Below, piece after piece: positions 1 through 10,954 of a stretch of DNA of 64,000 nucleotides (positions are counted from its first letter, which is position 1; every line of letters starts with the position of its first letter). Below the pieces are notes generated by a model. The model worked only from the letters and a program-made list of their open reading frames with translations, made no database searches and was not told the origin of the DNA. Position numbers and translations under genes: made by a program. This DNA comes from a virus (taxonomy: Duplodnaviria; Heunggongvirae; Uroviricota; Caudoviricetes), in the IMG/VR virus record IMGVR_UViG_3300032318_002198, one strand, 5' to 3'.

Positions 1-285
1 TCATTATCGGTAAAGTTTGATGCATTTAAAAGAGAATTTAATCTTGATGATTATGGTTTAAGTGATCCTGAGAGTTTCAAACAATGGGTAGAAAAAACTG
101 ACGGTGCAGAATCTGTTATAGATACAGTCGGTATACAAGATATCAACGATCCAAACCCTACTGTGTTATTTAAAACAACTGTACCAAGTGAAGTACCCGA
201 TCAACCCGAATCTAATCCACAATCTCCCACAGTAGCAAAGATGGCGAGTAGAGCGGCTAAACAAGCATTAGGAAAAAAACCATAA
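1..285 (+). CDS. 3' end of hypothetical protein (partial)
   Basis: Frame 1 open from window start to TAA at 283-285 (SLSVKFDAFKREF...KQALGKKP). Confidence 0.6.
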   Translation, partial: SLSVKFDAFKREFNLDDYGLSDPESFKQWVEKTDGAESVIDTVGIQDINDPNPTVLFKTTVPSEVPDQPESNPQSPTVAKMASRAAKQALGKKP

Positions 286-328
286 TATAAGTTGACATTG
301 TATTATATGTAATAATATAATCAATATT

Positions 329-1075
329 ATGAATTACACTCCTCCTGTCTTTATTGAAAAAATTCAATATAAAAACTGTCAACAAATAACCGATCCCAAA
401 ACTGGTAAACGAGTTTATAAAACTCCTGATGGCGAAAGTCTCCCAAGTGTCACAACTATATTAAGTGGCACTAAGGACATGACCGCACTAAATGAATGGC
501 GTAAACGCATTGGTCCAGAGAAAGCAGATCAAATTACTAAAGAAGCAGCAGGTGTAGGGACCGGCCTTCATGCTAATTTAGAAAGATTTTTAATAGGCGA
601 AAAACGACAACCGGGTAATAATCCTGTTCATATTAAAGCTAATGCTATGGCCGATGTTATTATTGAAAATGGTTTAAAATACGTTGACGAAGTTTGGGCA
701 ATGGAACAGTCACTTTATTTCCCGGGACTCTATAGTGGAACAACGGATTTGGTATGTGTATATAAAGGTAACCCCTGCATTGCTGATTATAAGCAAACAA
801 ATCGTTTAAAAAAACCCGAATACGTTGAAGATTATTATCTCCAATTAACCGCTTATATAATGTCTCATAACGAAGTATATGGTACAGACATACGTGAAGG
901 GCACATTTTTATGGTGACTCGTGGAGATGATCCAATGAAACCCGGCGGAGAAATATATCAGCAATTTGATCTGTGGCCAAACGATTTTAACAAATATCAA
1001 GAAATGTGGTTAGAAAGAGTTGAAAAGTTTTACACCACAGGACTTCGGGGACTTAAACCCTTACTAATTGGATAA
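329..1075 (+). CDS. PD-(D/E)XK exonuclease (phage Cas4-like/lambda-exo-like)
   Basis: LPSVTTIL N-terminal motif, E..GTTD...IADYKQ nuclease motifs, YYLQLTAY. Confidence 0.8.
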   Translation: MNYTPPVFIEKIQYKNCQQITDPKTGKRVYKTPDGESLPSVTTILSGTKDMTALNEWRKRIGPEKADQITKEAAGVGTGLHANLERFLIGEKRQPGNNPVHIKANAMADVIIENGLKYVDEVWAMEQSLYFPGLYSGTTDLVCVYKGNPCIADYKQTNRLKKPEYVEDYYLQLTAYIMSHNEVYGTDIREGHIFMVTRGDDPMKPGGEIYQQFDLWPNDFNKYQEMWLERVEKFYTTGLRGLKPLLIG

Positions 1076-1101
1076 ATATTCCATATTGAGGAATATTAAA
1101 G

Positions 1102-2760
1102 ATGTCGATTATTGAAATAGGCCGAATTCAGATACGTAGAGGTCAAGAAGGGCAAAACGGTGTACCCCAATTAGAACCCGGTGAACTCGGTTGGGCACAA
1201 GATACCGAACATTTATATATTGGTAAAAGAATCAGTGAAGGTGCATCTGACGATAATAATACTAGAATCTTAACAGAAAATGATATCAATAATATATTTT
1301 CATTGTTGAATATTACCAGTACTGCTACAGTAACTAGTTCTTACAAATATAGATCAGAAACTTCTTATATTTCAAGTGCAACCATTGCTAGATTTTTACA
1401 AAGAAAATTAGACGAATCGGTAAGTTTAGAAGACTTTGGAGTAGTTCCTAGTTTTACTGCCACGGATATATCATCTCAATTCCAATTAGCAGTTAATACC
1501 TTATATTATAATTCTACATGGACCTCATATGCAAGACAAGATTCTAGAAGAGAATTAATCATTCCTCCTGGTAATTACTTTATAACTAGTGCAATAAGGT
1601 TACCTCCATATGCAACATTGATAGGTCAAGGACCTGAATTAACAAAGTTAACATTAGCTAGTTCGACTACTAATATTTTTAAGACAATTGATGCTGATGG
1701 TAATACGTATGAATCCGGATTGATGCAATCAGGTATTAAGCGAGCTAGAGCCGTATCTATTAAGAATCTTACATTAGAATACTCTCCTTCGCACATATCG
1801 AACAATCCACTAGTTGCCGTAGATAACGTATTAGATTTTTCTATTGAAAATTGTATATTAAGAACAGCATTTACAGCAACTTCTACATCTACCTATGGTT
1901 TAGTAAATGCAGGAATAGGTGTCGGTATCAGAGGAACCGGCGGCGGTTTAGGTTCAGGCGATACTAATCTGTGTGAAAATGTTCGTATTAATAATTGTCG
2001 CTTAGATGGTTTAAATATCGGAGTTAGAGGCACCGGAACGGTAGTTCGCCCAACTGTTACTGAAAGTGTTTTCAGTAACTTACAAAGAGGAGTTGAGTTT
2101 TATACAACTAATCTTTTACCTGGCCCAAGTAATGGTATTATCAAAGATAACAGATTTGAAAACATAGTTAGAGAATCGATATTTGTCGGAGAGAACCCTG
2201 CACAATATCGTACTAATCATATATCCGAAAATAACTTTTTTATTCAAGCAGGAAATGGAACAGGTTTAGATGATCGTATCACAACATCATCGAATTCAAC
2301 TGCAATTATTAAGTTCAATTCGCAAGGAAATAAGTCTATAAATGATTATTTCCACAGGCGTACAGTTGGTAATCAATCGTCGAGCACGTTTTATTACGCA
2401 CCTTTGGTACAAGGATATGCTTTAGTAAATAGTGTAGAATTAACAACCTCAACTATTATTGCTACCAATGAGACTATAGTTACAAAAATTCCATTAACGG
2501 GTGCCGATCAATATGTTACTATAAAATATCAATTGTTTAATTCCAATCATTCTAGAAAAGGAGAATTGGAATTGAATATAGCATCCGACGGATATCCTAT
2601 GCTAACCGATAATTATACATTTACCGAAACAGTTCCCACATCTCCAACTTACTTTGAAATAGATGATACATATGTTTCTACTAAGAATTACTTAGGGCTG
2701 AAATGTATAAATGCATCTACTCAATTATTAATGGTTTATAGTATAGACACAATGGTGTAA
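1102..2760 (+). CDS. virion structural protein, tail fibre/spike with beta-helix (pectate-lyase-like) region
   Basis: RIQIRRG...GELGWAQD N-terminus typical of phage fibres; SLEDFG..DIS..FQ.A..T motif before parallel beta-helix repeats; TAAATA upstream. Confidence 0.65.
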   Translation: MSIIEIGRIQIRRGQEGQNGVPQLEPGELGWAQDTEHLYIGKRISEGASDDNNTRILTENDINNIFSLLNITSTATVTSSYKYRSETSYISSATIARFLQRKLDESVSLEDFGVVPSFTATDISSQFQLAVNTLYYNSTWTSYARQDSRRELIIPPGNYFITSAIRLPPYATLIGQGPELTKLTLASSTTNIFKTIDADGNTYESGLMQSGIKRARAVSIKNLTLEYSPSHISNNPLVAVDNVLDFSIENCILRTAFTATSTSTYGLVNAGIGVGIRGTGGGLGSGDTNLCENVRINNCRLDGLNIGVRGTGTVVRPTVTESVFSNLQRGVEFYTTNLLPGPSNGIIKDNRFENIVRESIFVGENPAQYRTNHISENNFFIQAGNGTGLDDRITTSSNSTAIIKFNSQGNKSINDYFHRRTVGNQSSSTFYYAPLVQGYALVNSVELTTSTIIATNETIVTKIPLTGADQYVTIKYQLFNSNHSRKGELELNIASDGYPMLTDNYTFTETVPTSPTYFEIDDTYVSTKNYLGLKCINASTQLLMVYSIDTMV

Positions 2761-2762
2761 AT

Positions 2763-3200
2763 ATGTTCAATCAGGATGTAGATCAAAGATTATCTCTTTG
2801 GTATAAGCATAGGCTTTCCTTAAATAATGATTCAAAACCGTTCGAATCGGTTATAAATTTCTGGAAATCTGCTCCATTTATTGCATTTAATCACAAAATT
2901 GATAGGTATAATTCATCTATTTGGCCCACACCGTGGGAAATAATTGTTTATAACAAATATGATGATTTTACCAAAGCATTAATGATTGGATGGACATTAA
3001 AACTCGGTGAAAAATATAAAAATTCTACCATTGTACTTAAGGTATTAGTAGACATTTCTACTAAATTAACCTATAATGTAATAGTTGTTGATGATATTTG
3101 GATTCTGAATTTTTCAGAATCTTCGATTATTACAGCAGAAGATTTGCCGGAAACTATCTTTATTGAATTTCTTATGAACTTAAATGATATAGGTAAATAA
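2763..3200 (+). CDS. hypothetical protein
   Basis: ORF abutting upstream gene. Confidence 0.6.
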   Translation: MFNQDVDQRLSLWYKHRLSLNNDSKPFESVINFWKSAPFIAFNHKIDRYNSSIWPTPWEIIVYNKYDDFTKALMIGWTLKLGEKYKNSTIVLKVLVDISTKLTYNVIVVDDIWILNFSESSIITAEDLPETIFIEFLMNLNDIGK

Positions 3201-3227
3201 CTTCCTTGGCAAATAAAAAGGTAAAGA

Positions 3228-5552
3228 ATGATAACAATAGTTAAGCGTAACGGAAAACGAGTTCCTTTAGATATTTCAAAAATTCAAAGACAAGTAGCTA
3301 ATTGTTGCAAGGGCATTGAAAATGTTAGTCCTAGCATGATAGAAATTAAAGCTCAATTGGAACTCCATGATGGAATTACTACGAAAACCATTGATGAACT
3401 TTTATTAAAAGCAATGGTAAATCTAATAGATGAATCTGAAAATTCCGAAATTAATAACGTAAATTACCAATATGTGGCTGGTAGACAAAAAGTCAGTATG
3501 CTTAGAAAAGAAGTATATGGCGATTATAATCCTAAACCATTATACGAAATAGTTAAGAAAAATGTTGAACAAGGAATGTATACTGCCGAACTACTCAAAT
3601 GGTATACTAAAGAAGAATGGGATATTATTGATTTGTTTATTGATCACAATAAAGATGAAAATTATACATATGCGGCTATTGCTCAACTCGCTGAAAAATA
3701 TTTGGTACAAAATCGTGCAACAGGAAAGATATTCGAAACGCCACAAGTACGGTATGCTATCGCTGCGGCAACTGTATTCCACGCAGAACCAAAAGAAAAA
3801 AGATTAAAGTATGTCAAAGAATATTATGAATCGGCTAGTGATGGGCATTTCACATTGGCTACACCTGTGTTGGCTGGCCTTGGCACTACTACTCGTCAGT
3901 TTTCTAGTTGTGTTCTTATTACTTCGGATGATACTCTCGACAGTATATTCGCTAGTGGTGAAATGATGGCAAAATATGCTAGCAAACGTGCTGGCATAGG
4001 GCTTGAAATTGGACGCATTAGACCAGTCGGTGCACCAATTCGTAACGGAGAAATTCAACATACAGGTTTAATTCCTTTTTTGAAAAAATGGTATGGAGAT
4101 CTACGCTCCTGCTCTCAAGGTGGAATTCGTAACGCTAGTTGCACAGTATATCTGCCAATTTGGCATTATCAGTTCGAAGACTTTATTCGTCTTAAAAATA
4201 ATCAAGGTACTGACGAAACTCGAGTAAGACAATTAGATTATGGAGTTGTAGTCAATAAACTATTTTGGCGTAGATATAAAAACAGTGAACCTATAACTCT
4301 TTTTGATCCTCACGAAGTACCCGACCTCTACGAGGCATATTATAGAAATGTTGAACTATTTGAAGAATTGTATATAAAATACGAAAACGATAACACCAAG
4401 AAAAAGAAAATAGTCTCGGCAGATGATCTATTTAAAAATGGCTTTCTCAAAGAAAGAACTGATACTGGGCGTATATACATAGTAAACATTGATAATGTTA
4501 TTAAACAAGGACCGTTCGATACTGAATTAGATCCGATATACATGTCGAATCTCTGTGCAGAAATTTTACTGCCAAATAGACCATTTCAACGAATCGAAGA
4601 CGAAAACGGCAGAATCGCTTTATGCACCTTAGGAAGTCAAAATTGGGGGTCATTCCGCAATCCTCAAGACATGAGAAAGAGTTGCAGATTATTAGTTCGT
4701 TCATTAAGCAATTTATTGAGCTATCAAGATTTCTTATCAATTCAAAGTAAACTGGCAAATCAAGAATTTGAGCCACTTGGAATAGGTGTTACTAATTTAG
4801 CATATTGGCATGCTAAACGTGGATTAAAATACGGAACACCCGAAGCATTGGCCGAAGTAAAAAAATGGATGGAACATCAGTCATATTACCTATCTGAAGC
4901 CAGTGTTGAATTGGCTGAAGAACGTGGAAGTTGTGAACGTAGTAAACATACATGGTATGGACGCGGTGTGTTTCCTTGGGAACGAAGATCCGAAGGCGTG
5001 AATGAATTAACAGATTTTTCACCATGTTTAGATTGGGAACCTCTACGACAAAAAATGATTAGATATGGCATAAGAAACGCCACCTTAATGGCCATTGCCC
5101 CTGTTGAAAGTTCTAGTGTTGTGCTAAACTCTACAAACGGGATTGAAATGCCTATGGAATTAATAAGTGTGAAAGAAAGTAAGGCAGGTAGTTTTGTACA
5201 AGTTGTGCCCGAATACAAACGTCTGAAAAACCGTTATCAACTAATGTGGGATCAGCCCGACTGCATTGGATATTTAAAAACGTCGGCAGTTATGGCAGCA
5301 TATGTAGATCAAAGCATAAGTACAAATACTTTCTATTCACCTAAACATTTTAAAGATGGAAAAATACCAGGAACACTAATTGCAAAGAATTTGATGTTGG
5401 CATATAAATGGGGCATCAAAACGATTTATTATAGCCTAATCTCCAAAACTGACGCTAAACACATATTAACAACCACTCAAAATACATTAGTATCTGAACC
5501 AGTAGTGATACACGAAGATGAAGAGGAAGATTGTATTGCATGTAAGCTGTAA
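3228..5552 (+). CDS. nrdA: ribonucleotide reductase class Ia alpha subunit with N-terminal ATP cone
   Basis: ATP cone (IVKRNG), FSSCVL, SNLCAEI, APVESSS, C-terminal CIACKL. Confidence 0.97.
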   Translation: MITIVKRNGKRVPLDISKIQRQVANCCKGIENVSPSMIEIKAQLELHDGITTKTIDELLLKAMVNLIDESENSEINNVNYQYVAGRQKVSMLRKEVYGDYNPKPLYEIVKKNVEQGMYTAELLKWYTKEEWDIIDLFIDHNKDENYTYAAIAQLAEKYLVQNRATGKIFETPQVRYAIAAATVFHAEPKEKRLKYVKEYYESASDGHFTLATPVLAGLGTTTRQFSSCVLITSDDTLDSIFASGEMMAKYASKRAGIGLEIGRIRPVGAPIRNGEIQHTGLIPFLKKWYGDLRSCSQGGIRNASCTVYLPIWHYQFEDFIRLKNNQGTDETRVRQLDYGVVVNKLFWRRYKNSEPITLFDPHEVPDLYEAYYRNVELFEELYIKYENDNTKKKKIVSADDLFKNGFLKERTDTGRIYIVNIDNVIKQGPFDTELDPIYMSNLCAEILLPNRPFQRIEDENGRIALCTLGSQNWGSFRNPQDMRKSCRLLVRSLSNLLSYQDFLSIQSKLANQEFEPLGIGVTNLAYWHAKRGLKYGTPEALAEVKKWMEHQSYYLSEASVELAEERGSCERSKHTWYGRGVFPWERRSEGVNELTDFSPCLDWEPLRQKMIRYGIRNATLMAIAPVESSSVVLNSTNGIEMPMELISVKESKAGSFVQVVPEYKRLKNRYQLMWDQPDCIGYLKTSAVMAAYVDQSISTNTFYSPKHFKDGKIPGTLIAKNLMLAYKWGIKTIYYSLISKTDAKHILTTTQNTLVSEPVVIHEDEEEDCIACKL

Positions 5553-5558
5553 ATTGTG

Positions 5559-5596
5559 AGTTTCCTGTAAACTATGATAAATAGTTTACGGAGACT
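5559..5596 (+). promoter_or_regulatory. hairpin occluding RBS of HNH gene, TAAATA late promoter at loop
   Basis: AGTTTCC-T-GTAAACTAT/ATAGTTTAC-GGAGACT inverted repeat covers GGAG. Confidence 0.7.
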
Positions 5597-5599
5597 ATT

Positions 5600-6289
5600 A
5601 TGAATTATCAACAAATATACGACAATATAATAAAACGAGGACAACACAGAGTGTTAACGGAATATACAGAAAGTCATCATATCTTACCTAGATGCCTCGG
5701 GGGAACAGATGAATTACATAATCTTGTTGAATTGACACCAGAAGAACATTATACTTGTCATCAGTTATTGGTTAAAATATATCCGAATAATACTAAGTTA
5801 TTGAACGCCGCCCTGTTTATGACTGCTAATGGAATGGGAAGAAGAAGTAATAAAGTATACGGATGGTTAAAAAGAAGATACAGTGAATACATGAAGGGTC
5901 CAAATAATCCAACTAAGTTAAATGGAACATGGAATAAAGGTGTAACTGGTTATAAAAATAAAGTTAATTTTTCAAAAGAGTTTTTGGATTCAGTTTCAGA
6001 AAGAATGAAAGAAAAAAATCCCTGCGCTGGAGTTAAGCCATGGAATCATCCCAGAGCAACTACATATACTAAAGGTGTCTGGGCAAAGGCAAATGAAATA
6101 AAAGTAATTTGGGAAGAAAATAATAAACCATCATATTGTAAACTATATTCGTTGGTTAACGGCAAAGCAGTTGGCAAAGATTGGGAAGCAATAGGCCCGT
6201 ATATGAATTTAGTAAAATATTTTAGGAATGGTTGGATCCCTACACAAGACACAGAATGGAATAATATAAATGTCAAAACACCAATATAA
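5600..6289 (+). CDS. free-standing HNH homing endonuclease (T4 MobE-like position between nrdA and nrdB)
   Basis: ESHHILPRCLGGTD...NLVELTPEEHYTCHQLL motif. Confidence 0.85.
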   Translation: MNYQQIYDNIIKRGQHRVLTEYTESHHILPRCLGGTDELHNLVELTPEEHYTCHQLLVKIYPNNTKLLNAALFMTANGMGRRSNKVYGWLKRRYSEYMKGPNNPTKLNGTWNKGVTGYKNKVNFSKEFLDSVSERMKEKNPCAGVKPWNHPRATTYTKGVWAKANEIKVIWEENNKPSYCKLYSLVNGKAVGKDWEAIGPYMNLVKYFRNGWIPTQDTEWNNINVKTPI

Positions 6290-6374
6290 CTTAACTACAC
6301 AGACAGATTACTTGAATCGTAAGATGTTTTTGGACCCTGTCGGTCCTGCTACTGTTCAGCGAGGATTCATATGA
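6270..6374 (+). pseudogene. truncated duplicate of nrdB 5' end
   Basis: Translates MSKHQYNLTTQTDYLNRKMFLDPVGPATVQRGFI*, versus Nrd[35 protein letters not shown]. Confidence 0.85.
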
Positions 6375-6399
6375 AAGTTGTAAACTTTAAAGGAAATAT

Positions 6400-6969
6400 A
6401 TGAACGGTTATTGGTGTTATCATAAAAACAGATGGAATCCGGAATATTGTAAAGATATTTTAAATAGAGTTGATTTGACGGCATACTTAATTGGAACCGT
6501 GGGAAACGGGAAGGTAGATCCCTCAATCCGCCGAAGTAAAGTACAATTTATCCAGGCCACAGATACAAATTTTAAAGATGTCTTTTCCGATATTTGGGCA
6601 ATGGCTTTAGAAGCTAATTTGAAATTTTTTAATTTTCATATTTCAAAATTAGACTTTATTCAAATAACTAAATATGATGCAAATGATCTTAGTGAATACA
6701 AAAGTCATAAAGATGTTTTCTGGTTGAATGACGACCCAATTTATCATCGTAAATTAAGTTGTTCAATTCAACTATCTGATCCCAATGATTACGACGGCGG
6801 AGATTTTAAAATTTTAAACATCGATACAGCTGAACCAACACCCGAGGATGTTCGTTCACAAGGAACCGCAATATTTTTTCCTTCGTTTATTGATCATCAA
6901 GTAACACCGATTACTAGAGGCACAAGATACAGCATTGTTGGTTGGTTTGAAGGACCTAAATGGAGATAA
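6400..6969 (+). CDS. 2OG-Fe(II) oxygenase (prolyl-4-hydroxylase/PKHD-like)
   Basis: HKD, RKLSCSIQLSDP..YDGGDF, HQVTPITRGTRYSIVGW. Confidence 0.9.
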   Translation: MNGYWCYHKNRWNPEYCKDILNRVDLTAYLIGTVGNGKVDPSIRRSKVQFIQATDTNFKDVFSDIWAMALEANLKFFNFHISKLDFIQITKYDANDLSEYKSHKDVFWLNDDPIYHRKLSCSIQLSDPNDYDGGDFKILNIDTAEPTPEDVRSQGTAIFFPSFIDHQVTPITRGTRYSIVGWFEGPKWR

Positions 6970-6973
6970 TTAA

Positions 6974-8074
6974 ATGAGCAAAGCGCAATATGATTTAGCA
7001 GCTAGACCAAACTATTTAAAACGTAAGATGTTTTTAGATCCCGAAGGTCCAGTAACCGTACAGAGGTTTGAGGAGGTCAAATATCAAAAATTACAAAACT
7101 TTGAAACTTTGGCCAGAGGATTCTTTTGGGTCCCTGAAGAAATATCATTGACTAAAGATAAAATAGATCATAGAGATGTCAATGATGCTATTAAACATAT
7201 CTTTACAAGTAATCTTTTGAGACAAACAGCACTAGATAGTATTCAAGGTAGAGCACCTAGTCAAATATTTGGTCCGGTTTGTAGTATTCCGGAATTAGAA
7301 GCATTGATATTAACATGGGGATTCTTTGAAACATCGATTCATTCAAAGAGTTATAGTCACATTATAAGAAATGTGTACGGAGTACCTAAAGATGAGTTTA
7401 ATAAAATTCACGAAACAAATGAAATTATCAGCATGGCTGCTAATATAGGTCGGTATTACGAGCAACTACATATCCTCAATTGTCGTAAAGAATTAGGCGA
7501 AGATATTTCAGTATACGATCATAAACGAGCAATTTGGCTAGCATTACATGCATCGTATGCACTCGAGGCATTGAGATTCATGGTGTCCTTTGCTACTTCT
7601 CTTGCTATGGTAGAGAATAAGATTTATATTGGAAATGGTAATATCATTAGTTTAATATTGCAAGATGAAATTTTACATGCAGAATGGACCGCTTGGATTA
7701 TCAATAACGTATTGAAAGAAGATACTGATTTTGTAAAAATACAAGACGAATGTAAAGATGAAGTGTATAGTATGTATTTAGAAGTTATTAACGAAGAAAA
7801 AGCCTGGGCAGACTATTTGTTTAAGAAAGGTGTTGTAATTGGATTGAACGCCAACATATTGAAAGATTTTGTTGATTTTACAGCATTTACCAAATTGAAA
7901 GAAATAAATATCAAATATTTAGAGGATCACCCAAAAACTACGCCTATACCTTGGTTCAATAAACACACTAATATCTCTAGGAAGCAAACGGCTTTGCAAG
8001 AAAGCGAATCAACTAATTATATCATCGGAGTTATGAGTAGTGATATTGATTTAGAAAATTTACCCGATTTGTAA
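6974..8074 (+). CDS. nrdB: ribonucleotide reductase class Ia beta subunit
   Basis: [27 protein letters not shown] di-iron motifs. Confidence 0.97.
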   Translation: MSKAQYDLAARPNYLKRKMFLDPEGPVTVQRFEEVKYQKLQNFETLARGFFWVPEEISLTKDKIDHRDVNDAIKHIFTSNLLRQTALDSIQGRAPSQIFGPVCSIPELEALILTWGFFETSIHSKSYSHIIRNVYGVPKDEFNKIHETNEIISMAANIGRYYEQLHILNCRKELGEDISVYDHKRAIWLALHASYALEALRFMVSFATSLAMVENKIYIGNGNIISLILQDEILHAEWTAWIINNVLKEDTDFVKIQDECKDEVYSMYLEVINEEKAWADYLFKKGVVIGLNANILKDFVDFTAFTKLKEINIKYLEDHPKTTPIPWFNKHTNISRKQTALQESESTNYIIGVMSSDIDLENLPDL

Positions 8075-8767
8075 TCTATTTTTACTTTCTTTAGATCGAA
8101 CAGTGACAAAAATCCAATCTGATATAGGAATGTTATTTTTTAACATTTGTAATTTATATTGATGATACTCTTCTGTAGGTATTCTTTTAGTAGTTCCATC
8201 TTTATAAATTACTCCGATTGATCCTTTATTAAGTTTTCCCGAAATTGCTCCTCCAATTTTCCCGCCAATTGTTCCGGCCTTAGCGGCATGACCTAGTTGA
8301 AATCCTAATTTATTATTTTCTTTTTGTTTTGTACTAGTATTTTTAGATCGTGCCGATCGTTCTTCCGAAGTAATCCAATATTGATTTTGAAAAGGATGTT
8401 TACCTTGTATTGATAAATTAATATTGCGTTGTTTTGCGTTGGCACCAAAAATTACAGAATATTGTTTTTGACGATCAGAGCGAAGGGCACCACTAGAACC
8501 TTCTCCTCCATATGTACGATTATGTAAGATGCCTGTTTTTAAGTCTTTGCGCCCATACCAGTTAATATATCGACGTTCAAGTGCAAATGCACCGATTTCT
8601 GTAAGATTTTTTTCTAAAAATACAATACGACATTTATCTCTTGGAGTATGTACTCCTTTTCTATTTATTCGATGTTGTACAAAGGCTCGATTACCAAAAC
8701 CTTTTCCGATATAATAAGGGGTGCCATCTTTTCTTAAATAGGCATAAACATAAAAGTGTAAATACAT
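8060..8767 (-). CDS. GIY-YIG homing endonuclease, antisense and convergent on nrdB
   Basis: [19 protein letters not shown]...R...E...[10 protein letters not shown]. Confidence 0.85.
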   Translation of the reverse strand: MYLHFYVYAYLRKDGTPYYIGKGFGNRAFVQHRINRKGVHTPRDKCRIVFLEKNLTEIGAFALERRYINWYGRKDLKTGILHNRTYGGEGSSGALRSDRQKQYSVIFGANAKQRNINLSIQGKHPFQNQYWITSEERSARSKNTSTKQKENNKLGFQLGHAAKAGTIGGKIGGAISGKLNKGSIGVIYKDGTTKRIPTEEYHQYKLQMLKNNIPISDWIFVTVRSKESKNRLQIG

Positions 8768-8940
8768 TGCTGATGCTCCTTGAAAGCGTTAGAGTAGTTG
8801 GATATTTCCAGTATCGCGAACTACACTAATATTTATATTGACTTTAATATTTTTAATATATAAAGTATATGATAAGTAATTGGTGTAACAACATCGGAAG
8901 TTGACCTTAACGAACTTCCGGCTATATAAGGAGATATAAA

Positions 8941-9108
8941 ATGGCAAAGATACAAACAGAAACATTAGTAATCAAAATAAGTCGAATAATGAAAGATTCG
9001 GAAGATACCGCTGAATCAGTTATATCAGAAGAATTGTTAAATTCTATCGAGGCAGTCGCCGAAGAACTATTACCTAATGGTGTTATTGTAGAGTTAGGAG
9101 TAGAATAA
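8941..9108 (+). CDS. small hypothetical protein (55 aa)
   Basis: AAGGAG RBS; MAKIQTETLVIKISRIMKD...GVIVELGVE*; below ORF-track cutoff. Confidence 0.7.
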   Translation: MAKIQTETLVIKISRIMKDSEDTAESVISEELLNSIEAVAEELLPNGVIVELGVE

Positions 9109-9109
9109 T

Positions 9110-9346
9110 ATGAAAAATGTAATTTTGTGGTCTCGTTATTATTGCCCATATTGTGACCAAGCCAAATCTCTTTTACAACTAAACGGAATTAAATTCGAGG
9201 AACGTAAAATTGGAGACGGATGGACCAAAGAAGACTTACTTGAAAATATTCCTACTGCTAGATCTGTACCACAAATTTTAGTCAATGGCAATTTGGTTGG
9301 TGGGTATAATGAATTGAAAAAGTACTTAGGAGAAAATCATGAGTAA
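9110..9346 (+). CDS. glutaredoxin
   Basis: CPYC active site, RSVPQI, GGY. Confidence 0.92.
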   Translation: MKNVILWSRYYCPYCDQAKSLLQLNGIKFEERKIGDGWTKEDLLENIPTARSVPQILVNGNLVGGYNELKKYLGENHE

Positions 9347-9740
9347 AAATATTCTTGACACTATTACATTAGATAATGTAATGTATGATACTATGTCACC
9401 TAACTTAGATCCCTTACTAACAAAAGTATCTCTTACCAGTAATACTTTAAACGCCACGACTTTAAACACCACAGGAATGAATAATGGTAACCTTACTAGT
9501 GGAGGGACGTCATACACTTTTCCTACTTACACTTATCCTAATGTAACTATTAACGCAGCAGATGTTTCTAATTATAAAGATTTGATTGTTGATGGTAAAA
9601 GTCTCAAAACATTTATGGAAAAAATTGAAGAAAGACTGTTGATTTTACAACCTGATCCTAAGAAATTAGAAAAACATGCTGCACTAAAAAAAGCATACGA
9701 TCATTATAAGTTAATGGAAAAGTTGTTAGGTGAAGAATAA
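9339..9740 (+). CDS. hypothetical protein
   Basis: ORF in operon. Confidence 0.6.
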   Translation: MSKNILDTITLDNVMYDTMSPNLDPLLTKVSLTSNTLNATTLNTTGMNNGNLTSGGTSYTFPTYTYPNVTINAADVSNYKDLIVDGKSLKTFMEKIEERLLILQPDPKKLEKHAALKKAYDHYKLMEKLLGEE

Positions 9741-9759
9741 ATTAAGAAAGAAATAATAA

Positions 9760-10047
9760 ATGTTAATTAATAAAGGTTTCTCCTCAGGAGATGTAGTTAG
9801 TATCAAAATAGTAAACGGCGATGAATTAATTGCTAGATTTGAATCTGAGACAACCGAAGATATTACAATAGCAAAGCCATTGGCTCTTACAATGGGTCCA
9901 CAGGGTCTTGGAATGATTCCGTGGATGTTTCTTGCAGAAAAAGATAACATCACCTTAAAAAAGAATCATATATTTGCAATGGGAATCAGTAAGAAAGATG
10001 CTGCTGATCAATATATGCAAGGAACTACTGGCATTGCTTTACGTTAA
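9760..10047 (+). CDS. hypothetical protein (possible Sm/SH3-like fold)
   Basis: GDVVSIKIVNGDELIARF beta-rich pattern; fold is inference. Confidence 0.55.
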   Translation: MLINKGFSSGDVVSIKIVNGDELIARFESETTEDITIAKPLALTMGPQGLGMIPWMFLAEKDNITLKKNHIFAMGISKKDAADQYMQGTTGIALR

Positions 10048-10062
10048 ATAAAAGGATTTTAA

Positions 10063-10944
10063 ATGCCATTCGTAAAAGGTCCAAATGTACACGGTGTAAC
10101 TCACGTTGCAGATGTATATAATAGTCCTAATGTATTTGCTAATTTTGTGCCTATTGCACTGTGGAATGATCCGCAAGGTACTGAAGCAGCAATTGCAAGT
10201 GCAATTGCTAGTCCAACTTTTACGATAGATTCATCAACAATAGTATTTGATGGTGACGAAAATCCTACCACAGTTAGTATTGAACAACAACGTCTTATAA
10301 AAGAAGGTGTGATTACACAAGCAGAACTTGATGCAGGAAAAAACGCCGTTCCGTCTACTTTTGATTCCACCGTCGTACCTGTTAATACTGGTACAATAGA
10401 AGGATCGACTACGTTGGCAACTAAAATTGATGATACATTATTATATCAGAGCCCTAGTAATGACACTGGTATAACCTACTATGTAAAAACAGTAACAAAA
10501 CAACCAGGGGTTATTTTTCCGTATGATGTTGCTAGTATTGCTCCAAGAAATAATGTATCAGTACAGGAAGTATGTGATAATTTACGATTGCTTATATTAA
10601 ATTGTTTCGATCTCATTAAAAAACAATATCCTGATGCATTTATAACAAATTCATTTAGGGCTAAAGGTACTAATTCAACTAGTCAACATCCTCGTGGTAT
10701 GGCTTGCGATATTCAATATTCAAAAGCAAGTAAAGCAGAGTATTATACCAGAGCATTGTGGATCAGAGATAATATAGCCTTTGATCAATTTATTTTAGAA
10801 TATAAAACTACCGGATCAAAACAACCTTGGCATCATATTAGTTTTAATATGGCAGGGAATAGGAGTCAAATTTTTACATTTTTAAATGATAAAAACTTCA
10901 AAGGCCCCGGTGTTCAAGGATTATATAATCTAACAAATGTTTAA
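10063..10944 (+). CDS. peptidase M15 family cell-wall hydrolase domain protein
   Basis: NSFR...SQHPRGMACD...WHHIS zinc motifs. Confidence 0.75.
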   Translation: MPFVKGPNVHGVTHVADVYNSPNVFANFVPIALWNDPQGTEAAIASAIASPTFTIDSSTIVFDGDENPTTVSIEQQRLIKEGVITQAELDAGKNAVPSTFDSTVVPVNTGTIEGSTTLATKIDDTLLYQSPSNDTGITYYVKTVTKQPGVIFPYDVASIAPRNNVSVQEVCDNLRLLILNCFDLIKKQYPDAFITNSFRAKGTNSTSQHPRGMACDIQYSKASKAEYYTRALWIRDNIAFDQFILEYKTTGSKQPWHHISFNMAGNRSQIFTFLNDKNFKGPGVQGLYNLTNV

Positions 10945-10954
10945 GAATGCTTTC

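Noticed and set aside
329-1075. Cas4-like nuclease as part of a CRISPR system
   Set aside because: No array or other cas genes; stand-alone nucleases of this type are common in phage replication regions.
3562-5218. Short ORFs overlapping nrdA, and similar antisense or nested ORFs throughout the track
   Set aside because: Shadow frames of well-supported genes or of tRNAs; no RBS or recognisable motifs.
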